A stretch of DNA of 64,000 bases from Chlorokybus atmophyticus. Lineage: Eukaryota > Plantae > Mesostigma and Chlorokybus algae. Made by a program: the position numbers and the translations under genes. The stretch's first letter is position 1; the number at the start of each line of letters is the position of its first letter. Where the stretch lies: positions 293,921 to 357,920 of the forward strand of contig RHPI01001559.1 of the NCBI GenBank assembly GCA_009103225.1, written 5' to 3'. Below the pieces are notes generated by a model, which was not told the DNA's origin, did no database searches, and worked only from the letters and a program-made list of their open reading frames with translations. This document shows, one piece after another, positions 63,547-64,000 of the stretch.

Positions 63547-64000
63547 ATGGACAAGTACCTAGACATCATGACCATTGCCGACGAGGGCGGTATGTCGAAA
63601 GACTGCATCAACAAGTTGCTGGCCTGTCTGTTCAAGGGCGATGACTCTCTTCTCAGTATGGCCACCAAGAAGACCTTTAGTCCGGAATCAGAGGGTTGCA
63701 AGCTACCAACATCCTGCAAAACTGCCACCAGCCTGTTCAATCGCATGGGTATGCCAGTGCCTTTGCACTACTCCGTTTGCAAGGACTGCTCTTACCTCTT
63801 CAGCAAGCCATACCCGAGAGACTTTGGCGATGACGTTACCGAAGAGTCCTCTACTTGGCGTCAGCGTGAGAAGTTACGCAAGACAATGCAGCAAGAGAAG
63901 TGTCCTTGTGGTAACCTGCGCAAGGACTGCGTGAGCTACTACTACCTACCTCTCAAGGCTAGACTGCAACTGATGTTTCGTTGCCCTACCATCTGCTACG
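63547..64000 (+). mobile_element. CACTA/EnSpm TnpD-like transposase, N-terminal part (runs off the window)
   Basis: Open frame ...KLPTSCKTATSLFNRMG...HYSVCKDCSYLF...KCPCG...YYYLPLKARLQLMF matches the Cys-rich region and YxPLxxRLQ motif that precede the Transposase_21 domain. No terminus identified. Confidence 0.75.

Overview
Intron-rich eukaryotic nuclear DNA, most likely from a green-lineage alga. That assignment is inferred from plant-type gene families, GT-AG introns and a tRNA-iMet-primed chromovirus. Stops are TAA, TAG and TGA, i.e. the standard code. The first 44 kb hold about nine spliced host genes: a secreted NIDO+PKD protein, a MYND-finger protein, DCI1, two paralogous membrane proteins, an HR-like lesion-inducing protein, a ZnF-UBP protein, a plant-type glutaredoxin-like protein and an ALT-like thioesterase. 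The same stretch has a ~24-copy 210-bp tandem array, microsatellites and two assembly gaps. From 44.8 to 60.8 kb is a three-level nest of transposons, each with its target-site duplication (TSD) intact. The outer element is a ~541-bp TRIM-like LTR retroelement (79-bp LTRs, TSD TCCAT). Inside it is an ~8.55-kb AcademX-like DNA transposon (21-bp TIRs, TSD GTCA, intron-containing transposase/XPG/CXC gene). Inside that is a 6,866-bp Ty3/gypsy chromovirus (339-bp LTRs, TSD GACTG). The TRIM shares its polypurine tract (PPT), LTR ends and primer-binding site (PBS) with the chromovirus. It also has a tRNA-type A-box/B-box pair split across the 5' LTR-PBS junction, the best candidate here for a new system. 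A CACTA/EnSpm-like element runs off the right end. All gene models and alignments were made by eye; no database searches were run.
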